64,000 nucleotides of DNA from Camelus ferus (lineage: Eukaryota). The notes under the pieces were generated by a model. The model worked only from the letters and a program-made list of their open reading frames with translations. It searched no databases and was not told the origin of the DNA. The translations under genes and the position numbers were made by a program. This document shows positions 10,401-22,600 of this stretch, piece by piece. Position 1 is the first letter of the stretch. The number at the start of each line of letters is the position of its first letter. Where the stretch lies: NCBI RefSeq assembly GCF_009834535.1, contig NC_045713.1, positions 7,626,001-7,690,000 on the forward strand. The letters run 5' to 3'.

Positions 10401-13400
10401 AAATGCCTAACCCCAGGTTTTGCAGGGACAGGAGGGACAGGCAGAGGGTCATGCGGGCGGGGGAAGAGAGGACTGGCCTCCGGCCAGGCGGCCCAGCCAC
10501 CGCGACACCTACCGTGCTTGCAGAAGCCACGGTCGTACCAAGGACAGTCCTTGATCTTGGACTCGGGGTCAATGTGCAGGAAGGGACACTCCTTGTTGCT
10601 GCACTCCCCTGCAGGGGGAAGCAAGACACGCGTCCACCTGGGACAGCTGGGCCCAGACCCATCTCCACTTCTCCCAAGGCCCCGCTGTGCAGCAAAGAGG
10701 GCCAGCTGGTTCTGGTGTCCAGTGCTGGCCTGGCAGCCCCGAGACCCAGGGCAGAGTGTCTCAGAGCCTCAGTTTCCTGACCTGTACGTGGGCTGTGACT
10801 GGTCCTTCCCTCACAGGTGTCCATGCTGCCTTGAGGGTCAATGACACAGAGGTGGAAACACACTCAAGTAACTCATGACTCCACCCCTTACCCAAAGGAG
10901 GTGTCCTGGGCGATGTGGGGCGGGGGGGCCCAGATACACAAGCCAGCAGGAAGGAGACCAGCAGGAAGCCACCGCTCTCCTCTGGCTCTGCTGATGCTGG
11001 GCGCTTCGTGTCTCCTGGCCGGGGCAGGGCAGAGGTCTGAGGAGTCGACCTTCTAGGGCAAAAGTGGGGAAGGTTTGGGAACTCCAGGCTGGGTCCCTGC
11101 AGCAGAACGTGAGAAAGCCTTTATGACAGCTCCTCTCAGGAGCAGCTGGCCCAGCTGCCACCAGCATCTTTCACCCAAGTACAGGCACTGCCGACCTGGG
11201 TGGCTGAGCCACCTCCAGTCCATTTACACATGAAAAGCCAGTCCCATGGCTACTGTTCAGAGCAAACTCCTCGAGAGACCTGCAAGTCCATCTGTGGTCT
11301 AGCCCAGCCCCCTCTCCAGCCACTGGCCTCCCAGCAACAAATTCCAAGTCCTCTGTCCTCTGCCAGGACCGCCCTATCTTAGCCTTCATATCCCAGGCCT
11401 CACCTCCTCAGAAAGGCCTTCCCTGACCACTCTGCCTCAAGGAGAGTTCCTCAAGTGACCCCACTGCCGTCTGTCTCCTTCAGAACCCTCATCCTGAATA
11501 CCTCTGCTTTGTCTCACTGCTGTTCTAGCTGCCTCTCTCCCTGGGCCCCTCAAGCAAAAGCGCCTCGGGGCAAGGACGGTGTCTGTCCTCTTTACCACTG
11601 TCCTCCCAGTGCCTCCCTGTGGCCTAGGTGATGGGAGCTGCAAACAGTGCGTCTGCACCAGGACAGGCTCTGCGGGCAAGTGCGGGCAGTGGATTGTCCC
11701 TGAGGCCTGGGGGGCTGCTCCAGGGCCATCAGCAGGGAAGGAGGGAACCCAGGCCAGCCTGCAGAGATGCCCTTGGGAATCTGCCCTGGAGGGCTGGCTC
11801 CTGCCTTTGGGGACAGATGGGAGCCGGCTCCCAAGGAGAAGCTGCGGCCCTTCCACCACTGGTCCCCCTGCTGCCACGGGCGGGAGGGAGAGGATGGGGA
11901 CCTGGGAAGCCTAGTTCCTATTTTCTATCCACCTTTGACTTTTCAACTTATGCTGCCTCGACCAAAAAAGCCACAGCTATCATTAATAAGTCAGCAGGCC
12001 AAACCTGTTTGGGCTGCTGAAATAATTAGCATCTCCTCTGACAATAGCACTTTGAATGCGAGCTGCGCTCCTCAGCCCAACACAGTACAGCAGGCTCCCC
12101 GCCTCCTGCCGGCCCCACCCGGGACATAGCCCACCATCACCCTGGCTAGCAGGACTTCTTCCTGGGCAACCTCCCCCAGGGCAGAGAGCGGGGGGATCCT
12201 AGCTCCATCAGGGGGCAGCACCTCAGCCCCACAGAGCCCTGGGCCAGCCCACCACCCCGGCCTGGCCCCGGCTTCTCCACGTGTCCTCTAAGCAGAGATA
12301 AAGCCTACATTTCAGTTTTGGGGTGAAGAAGGACTCTTTGCCATCAGAAGACAGCCCCCTGCACCTGTTATTCTGGGTTATTTAGGATGGATAAATTACT
12401 ACCCAGGATCATACTCCCAGGGAGAAGGAATCGACTACTCAGGCCTGGGGGGCCACTCGGGAAGCAGCAGCTGATTCAGGGGAGCACACCCACCGGCGGA
12501 ATCGAGGCCTCCAGCTGGCTGTGCTGCTCACGCACCTACCCCGAGCCCCGATCAGTCTCCAGTTCCTGAAGCACCTATAAGTGCTTGGAAAACAGCACTA
12601 CAGACACGGGGATCACCGAGAGCAGCCCCCACTCCCCGTGACTGAAGGGCCAGCAGAGGAACCGGGGCCACCGCTGAGCCCTCCGGGCTCTCATTCCTGG
12701 TGCATCCTCCTGGGCGCCCGGCCCGGGGTCTGGGGGGCGGGGACCCGGCCGGCCATCTCACCAAACTTGGAGTAGAAGTAGCACTCGGGCATCTTGGTCA
12801 TGTCGTACTCGTGCAGGAACTCGCACTGGTCCCCCTTCTTGCACAGCCCCCGCAGCCAGTGTTTGCACACAACGGTCTTCTCGCCGCTGATGTGGCGGAA
12901 CGGGCACATGCCCCCTGCCAGGGAGAGAGGTGGCCCTAAGCGGGGGCTCTGGGCCTGGGGGAGCAGAGGCCCCTTCACCCCACACCTCCCCCAAGCACCT
13001 GAAAGCAGCATGTCCCGGCAGGTGGAGGCTGCCCTGGCAGAAGGCAGTGTGATCACAGGCCCTTCATGAGCACACGTTTCAAGTTTTGGCAGTTATCGAT
13101 TTCATTTTAAAGTGTCTTGGAAAAATCTAACTAAAACACCAAATCATGACTTCACAGATAATTCTGTAAGATGGAAACTTAACAAGCCCTAAGGGCAGTG
13201 GCAGGGGCGGGGGATGGTGTTTTTCTTAATCAAAGAATAGTTCCAGTGATAAAGACATGGCAAAATTTGCAGGGGCAGTAAAAGAAAGCCTGGTGTTTGG
13301 GAGACACAGCCTCAAAAGACGGAAGGTAAACAGGACCACCAGCAGAAGCTTGGACTCCAGGCAGGCTCCATCTCTAGCTAAAAGCACCCACTCAGACTCC

Positions 13401-16400
13401 AAGACTGAAGAAAATCAATTTCAGGATTGAAGAAATGCATTGTATACAGACCAGGGGAGGTCCGCCTTCTGCAGGAAGACCTGAGCGATCAATCACCCAA
13501 ACAGGACAGAGCCGTACCCTGGGAAAGTCCTGTTTCTAACTGGTGCCCTGGTGGGACTAGTGGGAAGGCCCGACCACAGTGAGATGTGACTAGAAGAGAT
13601 CTAGACCAGCCCTGCCTGACAGAGCTTGCTGCGGGGGTGGGGACGCTCTGGATCCACGTGGTCCAGCACGGCAGCCACTAGCCACACGTGGCTGTCAACC
13701 AAAACACGACTAATGTGACTAAAGAACTTCCCATTTTATTTCATCTTAATTAAACCCTAACAGCCACATGCCGCAAGTGGCTATGATATTAGTTAAACAG
13801 AGATACTCGTACTGCCCTGTATTAAGGATGGCTATGCTAACAGAAGGTGGTGAGTCAGGAAGACAGAATTACTGAGCAAAGACAGGAATGAGACCAGGAG
13901 CCCAGCAGGGCAATAAAGTTCCCGAACAGAAAGCCTGAGGTCAACCTGGCTGCTCTACCTGGCCGGGTAAAGGACTTGGGTTACAGAACCACAACTTGCC
14001 CAAATCACCCATCCCCTGGCTCAAATTCTGTGCTCTCTAGTCAAGCTTTGGATTAAAATTTAGTTTCCACAGACATGTGGCCACGGGAAGAAAAATACCC
14101 AGATCCATCCATGGTACGTGAGGTCCCACCCAGCAATCTGGCTTCTCAATCAGTGAGTCTGGCTCACGCCGCCTCTGTTGGGACCCGGTTAGTACGAACA
14201 AGAACTCCACGAGACACACAATCACGGAGTGTTTTTGATGAGAAGACGCATAGGATGTGAGCTTGTGTAGACTGTAGATTCAGAAAGGCCTGGGCTGAGA
14301 CACCAGGCTCAGCCATTCACTAACTCTGTGGCCTTGAGAAAGTTCCTGAACACCTGTTCAGTGCTGGGGGCCTCTATCCATGTCACAGGTCAGCTCGTGG
14401 CCTCCAAGAATGTGAAGGCAAGAAGGCAGACTGACAGCCAGCTTCAGGCCTGTGTTTCAGGTTCTGGGCAGAACACCCCATCACATTCCTAGCCTATCCA
14501 CAGCCCAGTTTCATCTCGGGACACTTAGTCTGCCGAAGGCAGGACAGGCCAGGGATCCGAGAGCCTGAGAGCCTGCTGGGGAGTGGGGGGTGAAACGCAC
14601 CTCACAGGGAATGTCGGGGAGCCAGGACTCTCTTACCTTTGCCACAGGCAGCCTTCAAAAAGAACTCACAGACAGCAGCCCCCGACTCTGCAGAGAGAAG
14701 GAGAGGTGTCAAACAAAGCGGGGTGCGATTGCTACTGGTGACATCTGGACTTTAACCTATGGAGGGTTCAAAGTACAGGACAGAAAGTGCGGGGGAAAAA
14801 AAGTACAGCCCAACCAAGCAAGCAAAAAGCTCTTATTTCAGTTGTTCCTGTAAATGAGACGTATATGCTGAGACCAGTCATCACTCGGGGCTTTCTGAGA
14901 GCTTCCTCTAAGCAAGATGCTTTCAAGGAGTTAGGAGTGGGTGGGGGAAGCAAAAAAGGAGCCCAAGATCACAGAAATTAATTACCCCCGCTCAGACCTT
15001 CCAGAGGGCTAGTTCAGAGGCATTTTAACCCGAGGCAGAGGGAGGGAATGATCTCACAGGAAGCACAAACAATTGAATTGGGAGGGGGACGACTCTGAGG
15101 TGCCCTGGGGACGCCAGTCTGGAGGGAAGAGCATAATGAAGACACAGGAGCAGGACTGCTCTCAACCTGCACCACCAACACACGGCAATTAAAGGAGCTC
15201 GGTCTTCCGTGTCCACAGGTGCAGCTGGTTCAGGTGAGCGGAACAGGAAAGAGAAAGGCTGAGCGCAGGGGCAGTGAGGTCCAGGGCCGTCCACTGAGCC
15301 CAAGAATCCAGCTGCCACAGCCACCAGTATAAACCGTCCGCGTCTTCATCAACTGTCTTCTCCATTAGCAGGCAGTTTAGAGTTGCTCAAACCCACCAGC
15401 AGCATCTCTGAAGCCCACTCACATGCCTCTCCTTGCTAACTTGCAAGAGATTTGTTGGCTTCTTGGAAGCAGGCAGGTTTCGCTAGGGTAGATTTAAGGT
15501 TACAGAAGTGGATGTCACAGGGGTGTCACTCGTTTGTATTTCAAAATGTAGCATTTAAGAGTATTTCTGGGCCTTCATTCTTTTGAGGTGAAGACTGTTT
15601 GATTCCTTAAAAGCCAAAGTCCACAGTCCTGGAGTCCTGTGGAGTCTCCACAGTCCTGGAGACTGGGTCTTCAGCAGACAGGATGAAGGAGTATGACTTC
15701 AGGGCAGAACTGACGGTTCTTCTCAATTTCTTCTCCAAATTAAGACAGGAGTAAAGTGCAGGGACCCGGGAGGAAGGTCTGTGCCCTCGCTGAGCTCCAA
15801 CACACTGAGCGATCGAGGGCAGGCAGTGAGTGCTAAGGGTGCTTACCAAGTCTGATGCCCCGGGCTGGGGTTATGTCCTGGACCCCCCTCTAAGAACACA
15901 TTTGTGGGCCCCTCAATGGTGTACCTGCCCTCACAGGCTCAAGTATCTGTGGTCCCAGGCTGGAGAGGGGCGGGAAGGAAAGAGCTGCCCTGCAGGGAAG
16001 GTTCCATGGCCTCAAGCTAGTGCCATCAACATAAGAAAAGGCCATGTATGCGAGAGTGGATCTGCACTTAAGCAGCTGCTTATAAGTCGTGTACAGTGGA
16101 GACACTGCTTGTGTGTATATAAAGAAAAGTTGTTAGAATTATGTCTCCTGGGTATAAGCATTATTGCACAAAGAAGTGTTAGCATGAGAGGGACAAAACA
16201 GAGGTCACGTATGCATGAGAACTGTGGCCGCTTGAGGGGAATGAGGCTGCAGGGAGACTCTACCAGCCCAGGGACAGGTGGGAGAATACGGGACTGTGGC
16301 CCAGGTCCTCTGGCACATATGGGGAGAGGCACAGGGAACTGCAGATAGAAAGGGAAAGAACCCTAGCTTCACCACGAACTGAGCAGTCTTCAGCAAGTCC

Positions 16401-17303
16401 CTTCCCCAACCCGGGCTGATGCTTGAGCTCAATGACCTCTAAGAGCCCACTGAGCTCTCCTGCTATAACATTAGATTTCAAGTGTGTCTGGAAAGGGGAG
16501 CAGAAAACTGCTGGTTTCTTTTAATGTGCTAGACGTCCCATCTGAGTTGAATGGTGGGGGAGGCCAGGGAGCCACCATGACAAGGGGGAGAGTGAAGGGA
16601 ACTCAGGCAGCTGCCTGGGTGCGAGGAATGACCCAGAGGTGGAGTCCAGAGAAACAGTGAGGGATGGGCTCCCAGGAATGCGAGTCCTAGGAGGAAACTG
16701 GAACTTCAGAGTCTCACAGGGGGTCTACTACGAAGAGGAGGTGGATCCTTCCCTCAGCAAGACTCCTTCAACGGCCCAGCTTTGATGAAAGCATGAAGAG
16801 GGTGCTCCAAGTTGGGGGCTGCAGGGTGGGGAAAGGGGATATCTTAGTATTTTCTTGTAGTTGGGGAGTGCGTGCGAGTGGGGACAGGATTTCCAATCCA
16901 GGATACCCGCCTTCACTCAAGAATTATTTGAACTGCGGGAAGTGGTCCTGCCCTTCTGAAGACTGCTTTAGAATAGCCCCCGGGGATCGAAGATCGGGGT
17001 AGACGGGCTCCTTAGTCCAAGTAAGGGAAGAAGAAGGGAGAATCCAAGGATCCCCGGGACCGAGGGGGAGAAACTCTCGAGCCGAGAAGGAGGGCGTCCC
17101 GGAATTAGAGGAGGGAGGTTCCGGGGCCGAGTCGGTCGCGCCCCTCCNNNNNNNNNNNNNNNNNNNNNNNNNNNNNNNNNNNNNNNNNNNNNNNNNNNNN
17201 NNNNNNNNNNNNNNNNNNNNNNNNNNNNNNNNNNNNNNNNNNNNNNNNNNNNNNNNNNNNNNNNNNNNNNNNNNNNNNNNNNNNNNNNNNNNNNNNNNNN
17301 NNN
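4467..17303 (-). CDS. CPSF4: Cleavage and polyadenylation specificity factor subunit 4 (CPSF30). Visible coding exons: 14637-14687, 12762-12914, 10513-10608, 10018-10111, 8924-8996, 7242-7276 (3' end of exon 7, rest in gap), 4467-4535. Coding exon 1 is inferred to lie in the gap 17148-17303
   Basis: Exons translate to [163 protein letters not shown] and [22 protein letters not shown]. These give five CCCH fingers and a CCHC knuckle. The upper coordinate is the gap edge because the ATG is not visible. Confidence 0.95.
7277..7456. other. Assembly gap (180 N) covering most of CPSF4 exon 7
   Basis: N run begins inside the exon 7 reading frame. Confidence 0.99.
13660..13795. mobile_element. MER3-like hAT-Charlie DNA transposon fragment
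   Basis: gtccagcacggcagccactagccacacgtggct...agccacatgccgcaagtggcta. Confidence 0.65.
17148..17303. other. Assembly gap (156 N) covering CPSF4 coding exon 1
   Basis: N run inside the CpG island, between the 5'UTR and intron 1. No MQEIIASVDH-coding sequence is visible elsewhere. Confidence 0.97.
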
Positions 17304-17399
17304 CTCCCGTTCAGGTCCCTTGCCGCCCTCACACCTCTACCCGCCGCCGGCCCGGCCGCACACGGTCCTCCCCCACGTCGCCTCGCCTCGCCTGGCTGC

Positions 17400-17432
<33 letters not shown>

Positions 17433-17450
17433 AGGGATGCCGGGAGCGCC
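17304..17450 (-). other. CPSF4: CPSF4 exon 1 5'UTR (GC-rich) containing (GGC)9(AGC)3
   Basis: GC-rich sequence directly upstream of the gap predicted to hold the ATG. The plus strand reads (gct)3(gcc)9 at 17395-17430. The transcription start is approximate. Confidence 0.7.
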
Positions 17451-17774
17451 CACAGCCCGCGCCGACCCTTTCCCCTTCCCAGACTGGGCCAATCGAACGC
17501 AGAGTACGGGCCGCTCCGCTAGGCCCGGCTAGCCGCCTACGGAACGCCCACCTCGCTGTCGCGGGCGACCTGAAACCACGTGCGCCGGGAGTTCGCGTCG
17601 CGGGCTGCGCTTGCGCGAGGTCGGCAGAGGCGCGCCTCGGAGTGGGTAACGGGAACCAAGAGCCCCGTGTGCCGCGCGACGGGGCCGGGACTCGGGGGTG
17701 ACGCGAGGCGGGGCGGGGACGGCGCGGGCCCGGGGGGGTCAGGTGGGGCCGCGTTATCTGGGTCGGCCTCCTTG

Positions 17775-17898
17775 AGCGAGTTCCTGTTTGACCCTCACAG
17801 GAGCCCGGGCCCCGGGCGAAGACTGGCCAGAGGGGCGGCGAGGGTCTCAGCCCGAGCCGGAGCCGAGGACGTCCCCTGAGAAAAGCGGGGCTCTGAAG
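17775..17898 (+). other. PTCD1: PTCD1 non-coding exon 1 (start approximate)
   Basis: ETS/Inr-like AGTTCCTGTT near 17778, donor GAAG|gtcagc at 17899, and no ATG in the exon. Confidence 0.6.
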
Positions 17899-18068
17899 GT
17901 CAGCGTGGAGAAGGGTCGGGTTGTCCTGAGGGTTCCGGGGAGCGTCCTCCCCGAGGGAGGACGGCGGCAGCGTGTCTCTAATTCAGGGGTTATTAAGCTG
18001 GTAGGAACTTGGGGAGGAAGAAATGACACCTTTATTGTCGCTGTGTGAAATTTACCATGTCCTTCCTT

Positions 18069-18098
18069 GACCGACCAAGTGGCGACCGGCCAAGTGGC
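18069..18098. repeat. 15-bp tandem duplication gaccg(a/g)ccaagtggc x2
   Basis: Read directly from the sequence, one mismatch. Confidence 0.85.
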
Positions 18099-18744
18099 GT
18101 TCACTATGCCCAAGACGAAGTCGTGATTTCAAAGGGGGATGAGTGAAAATGTTGGTTGGAGATAAGAGTATCTGCACCTACTGTCTTTTACAGTCATCAC
18201 CACTTTTACGTGACGATTGGACTTTATTTCATGTTTGAAAAAGGAGCATATATATTAATACAACATTTGTTTAAAAAACATTTTGGCACCTGTTCCAACA
18301 TCAGTAACTCAAATTCTTTGTCTTTTGATTAACGTGTGTAAACACTTTAAGTGGCTACTTGAATATTTTAAATTGCATACATACTCACGCTACATTTCTA
18401 TTGGAGCCTCACCAGGTGCATAGTGGAAAAGGCCCTCTGCACGAGTGTCACTAGGGAGCTGGTCCAGAGAGGCCATCTGATACGTTACAGGGACTGGGGT
18501 TTAAAGCCAGCCAGTTCCCAGACCTACCTAGCCAGTCTCGCCCACTGCACTGTTGCAGGGCCCCCAGCAAGTCACTCCCCTCCCTGGGCCCCAGTTATTA
18601 ATCTGTCCCCATCTGTCATCACCCCTGCGGTCTTTCCAATGGTGACCTCCTAGTATAACCAGACTTCAAATGTTTTCGTGCTTGTTATTCTGATATTTTA
18701 TTTAGAGTTTCAAGTATACAGACCAGATTCACTAGCCTCGCACT

Positions 18745-19020
18745 GTGCAATAGAAATATAACGTGAGCACCTATGTAATTTTAAACTTTTAAGTAGCCAC
18801 GTGAAATAAAGTTTAAAAATTGCAAAATTAGTATTAAATTTTTTTTAGCCCAGGATATCTGAAATACCATTTCAACCCGTAAGAAAATTGTGTGTGTTTT
18901 ACCATCTTTTTTTTTTTTAACAAAGTCTTTGAAATCTGGTGTATAATTTACACTACAGCACATTTCCATGTAGACTGGCCACATTTCAGGTACTCTAGCC
19001 ACATTGGACAGCATGGCTCT
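18745..19020. mobile_element. MER33-like hAT-Charlie element in PTCD1 intron 1
   Basis: Starts ctgtgcaatagaaatataacgtgagc and ends tagccacattggacagc, with an internal tagccac and an AT-rich core. Confidence 0.65.
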
Positions 19021-19139
19021 AGCCCATTTGTCCACAAATTTTGCAGAAAAGAAGTGCTTAAGTTAACTTCCCTGTGCAGAGACCCAAAATGCCAACAATT
19101 TTTTCTTGATAATAAGTGATAATGGCTACAATTTTTTGA

Positions 19140-19570
19140 ATACCTGTTAAACCCCAGGCATTGTGCTAAAAACATCTCATTTCATCTTTATAATTTTGTG
19201 ATAAGGTGGGATTCTCCTCATCTTGCAGCTGAAGAAATCAAGGCCCAGGAAGGTCCAGCAATGGGCCCAATTACACAGCTCTGTCCAGGGCTCAAAGTCA
19301 GCTCTGCTTTCGGTACCCAGATCTCTTAGGTCATGGCTTGATAACATATTTCAATAGTCTTATGTTTGTTGAGGATTCACTGTGCCAGCACTGAGATTTA
19401 TCTGGACACTGTATGTCTGAGACCTCATTTACTCATTGCTATGGTGCTGTGTGGGTAATGTTAGTTAACCCCAGTTTACAGGTGAGGAGACTGAGGCCAG
19501 AGCAACGGGTGCCCAGGGACACACAGATGGTTGTTTAGCAGAGCTGAAATCTGAACTGAGGCTTTCTAAC
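19140..19570 (-). mobile_element. Two adjacent MIR fragments upstream of PTCD1 exon 2
   Basis: catcttgcagctgaagaaatcaaggcccagg and ccccagtttacaggtgaggagactgaggccagag MIR cores. Confidence 0.65.
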
Positions 19571-19689
19571 CTTAGGGCTCATGCTTGTATCCACTTCTCA
19601 GTCTCCCTTTTGCCCTTGGTGACTATGAACTCGAGTTGACTCTCATTATTTTGCTGACCTATGCCAGGCCCTGGAGGGGAACGCCAGAG

Positions 19690-22600
19690 ATGGACCTCCT
19701 GAGACTCACCTGGCTCTTCTCCGGCCCCCGCCCCCTAGCACTGTCCATCCTACAGCACCTTGACCCTCTCGGAGCCAGATGGGCAGGAGGCAGGGAGGGT
19801 CCCGCCCGGCTGAGGGCCACAGGGCTGATTCGGCCAGTGCCAGCAGCCTTCAGCAGCTCCCTCTCTCAGCTGTCTCTTGGCCAGGGAAGCCAGAACACAG
19901 GCAGCCTCAGCAAGAAACCAAGCCAGCCCAGCCCCACAGCCACCCAGGAGGAAGAGGTGGAGGAGAGCTTTGGGACTCTCTCTGACAAATACTCCTCCCG
20001 GAGAATGTTCCACAAATCGACAGCCCAGTTGTATAACCTACGGCTCAGGGAACAGAGTATTGAAGATGAGGAAGGGGAGCTGGAGCCAAAGTTGTGGCGG
20101 GGCCGGAGAAACACCCCTTACTGGTACTTCCTTCAGTGCAGACGCCTGATCAAGGAAGGAAAGGTAGGGAGCGTTCGCATTCTGCTGTTCCCAGCTGCTT
20201 CTTCTCAGTGACTCTGTATTTGGTGAGGGGCCATCCCTCCTTCCTGATAATCTCTGAGTGGTGGGGTGCTCAGGGCTCGTGTCTCCTCTCTGTCTTCCCT
20301 CACCCCGGGTCCTGCACTGGGTGACCCGCCTGCCTGCTCGCTCTCAGTGTCCCCCTCCTCCATGCAGTCCTCATCCTCCTCTTTCTGCCCCGGCCAAACA
20401 TGGACTTCCGATCAGTGTAGCGAAATGCCTCCTCACCATCTCCCTTACACGCCTGAAATTTTTGTTCCCAGCCTTGATTTCCCTACACTTTCTTCATCTC
20501 ACTAAATGGCAGCCCCATTGTGCCATCAGCCGCGGCCAAGTGCCTCCAGGTCATCCCTAAGTCTTCTCTGTCTTGCCAGATCGAGCTTCCAAATGTCACC
20601 AGTCCTACCTTCTCACAGCCTACCTCTGAACACCCAGGCCTAGCCTCCTCCTCACCCCTGCCTTAGCGATCACAGCGCTTGTCACTGGGCTGTCTCCCCG
20701 AGGCTCTCTCCATCTCTTGCCTCGACATGGGCTCACAGGACAGAGCCGTCTGGCTCCAGCAGGGAGCTCAGGGCATTACTTCTCTCTCCAGAGCCCCCAG
20801 TGCAGTCAGTGACATTGATGGAGTTCACATTCTTAGGTTTGGTAATGATCTTCCATTCATGTTTAAAAATCTCTTAGAGGTATGTGTTGAAAAATTTGTG
20901 AATGAAACGATGGGATGTCTGGAATTTGCTTTAAAAAAGTCAGCTTGGTGGAGAGGTGCAGAGCATAGACTAGACGAGATTGGCCAAACATTAGCAGTCA
21001 TTGTAGTTACACTGTTCTCTCTCCTTTTGTGTACCCTTGAGAGTTTCCATAATGAAAGGTTGAGAAATATACAAAAAGACGCTAGAGTCCTCACAATGGC
21101 CTGTAAGAACTGCCCCCGTCCCTTACCTCTCTGCCCTCATCTCCCTCTCCTTCACTTACTTACTTACTTCCCTGCAGCCACCTCAACCTCCTCCCTGCTC
21201 CTCCAGCTCCCGGGCACACTCCTGCTTCAGGGCCTTTGCACATGGCTCCTCCCCTCCCCTCTTTCCGATCTTTGTTCCCCTGGGCCTTGCCCCTGCCCTA
21301 TGGGAGTCCCCTACGGCAGTGGGACCCCAGAGCTCTCATAGGTGGTGGATGTCTGGTGGCCTTTCCTTCCTGGCCATCACAAAATTCTCTTGCTTCTGAG
21401 CTCAGGGACCAAGAGACTGGTGGCAGAGGCCCAGGGTGGGTGTTTGGCTCCCAAGCAGGCTTGGGTTTAGGGAGGGTCCCTCAGCCTCAGTCTCCCTCCC
21501 TCTGCTGAGGGTCTCCGAGGCCATCCTGAGCCCCTTCCCTTGTGTCCTCCTTCCCCCTCATCTTCCACAGCTGGTTGAGGCCATGGACCTGTTTGAGAGA
21601 CAGATGCTGAAGGAGGAGCAACTCCAGCCCCTTGAGTGCAACTACACGGTGCTGATCGGGGGCTGTGGGCGGGCCGGCTACCTGAAGAAGGCCTTCAGGC
21701 TCTACAATGACGTGAGTGTGGGGCATGGAGGTGGCAGGGACCAGGCTCCAAAGACCATAGCTTTGGTTCCAAAGAGGGCTGGGTGCAGATCCTGAACATG
21801 TCACCTGCTAGTGCGTTACTCACGGGATGACGGTTTCTTGTTGGTGCTTTTGGGGTGCAGGATCAGTTCTCCAAGTCCCTCAGGCTGAGCTGGGGGTTTG
21901 GAGGGCCAAGCACGGCCCTGCTCCCAGGCCTGTTCGTCTCGGGGGCAGAGTCCTGTCTAGCTCCCTCCCAGAGTGGCTATCGTCTGTGCATCTGGCAGAT
22001 CCCAGAGCCACCTCCTCCTTTTCCCCCATCTCCACAGATGAAGAAGCGGGACCTGGAGCCCTCAGACGCCACCTATACAGCCCTGTTCAACGTCTGCGCT
22101 GAGTCTCCCTGGAAGGACTCAGCTCTGCAGAGCGCCCTGAAGCTACGGCAGCAGCTGCGGGCCAGAAACTACCAGCTCAACTTGAAAACATACCATGCCC
22201 TGCTGAAGGTGGCTGCCATGTGCGCAGACCTCAGAATGTGCCTGGATGTGTTTAAGGTGGGGACATCCCTTCCTTCCTCCTCTCTACTCAGAGTGAGCCA
22301 CGTGGCAGGTGTGAGGCTGTGCTGTCTGTGTTCCTCATGTGGGAAGGTTCGGGGGCCAATGAGACAGGCTCTAGGCTGGCTCTGGGCTTCGTAGATGAAT
22401 CCGGTGAGACCCCGTTCTCAGAGGCCTCGGTCTGACAGCCTCCAGCCCAGTGAGGGTGGTGGGTTATTTGTGCTGTGTGGGACTCTGTGGTGGTGCAGAC
22501 AGTGGGGAGTGGGCTTCATAGCACTGAAGATGAGTTGGTGCTCACTGAGGGGTCATCCCAAAGATCCTATAAGGCAAGTCTGTGACCCCACTCCACAGAT

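Larger units (their letters stand above)
17090..17980. promoter_or_regulatory. CpG island, bidirectional promoter CPSF4/PTCD1
   Basis: High CpG density between divergent first exons. It contains CCAAT at 17489-17493, E-box CACGTG near 17577-17582, NRF1-like TGCGCTTGCGC at 17606-17616 and GC boxes. Confidence 0.85.

Noticed and set aside
18805-18810. AATAAA in PTCD1 intron 1
   Set aside because: It sits in an AT-rich MER33 remnant with no adjacent acceptor or clear downstream element, so it is likely chance.
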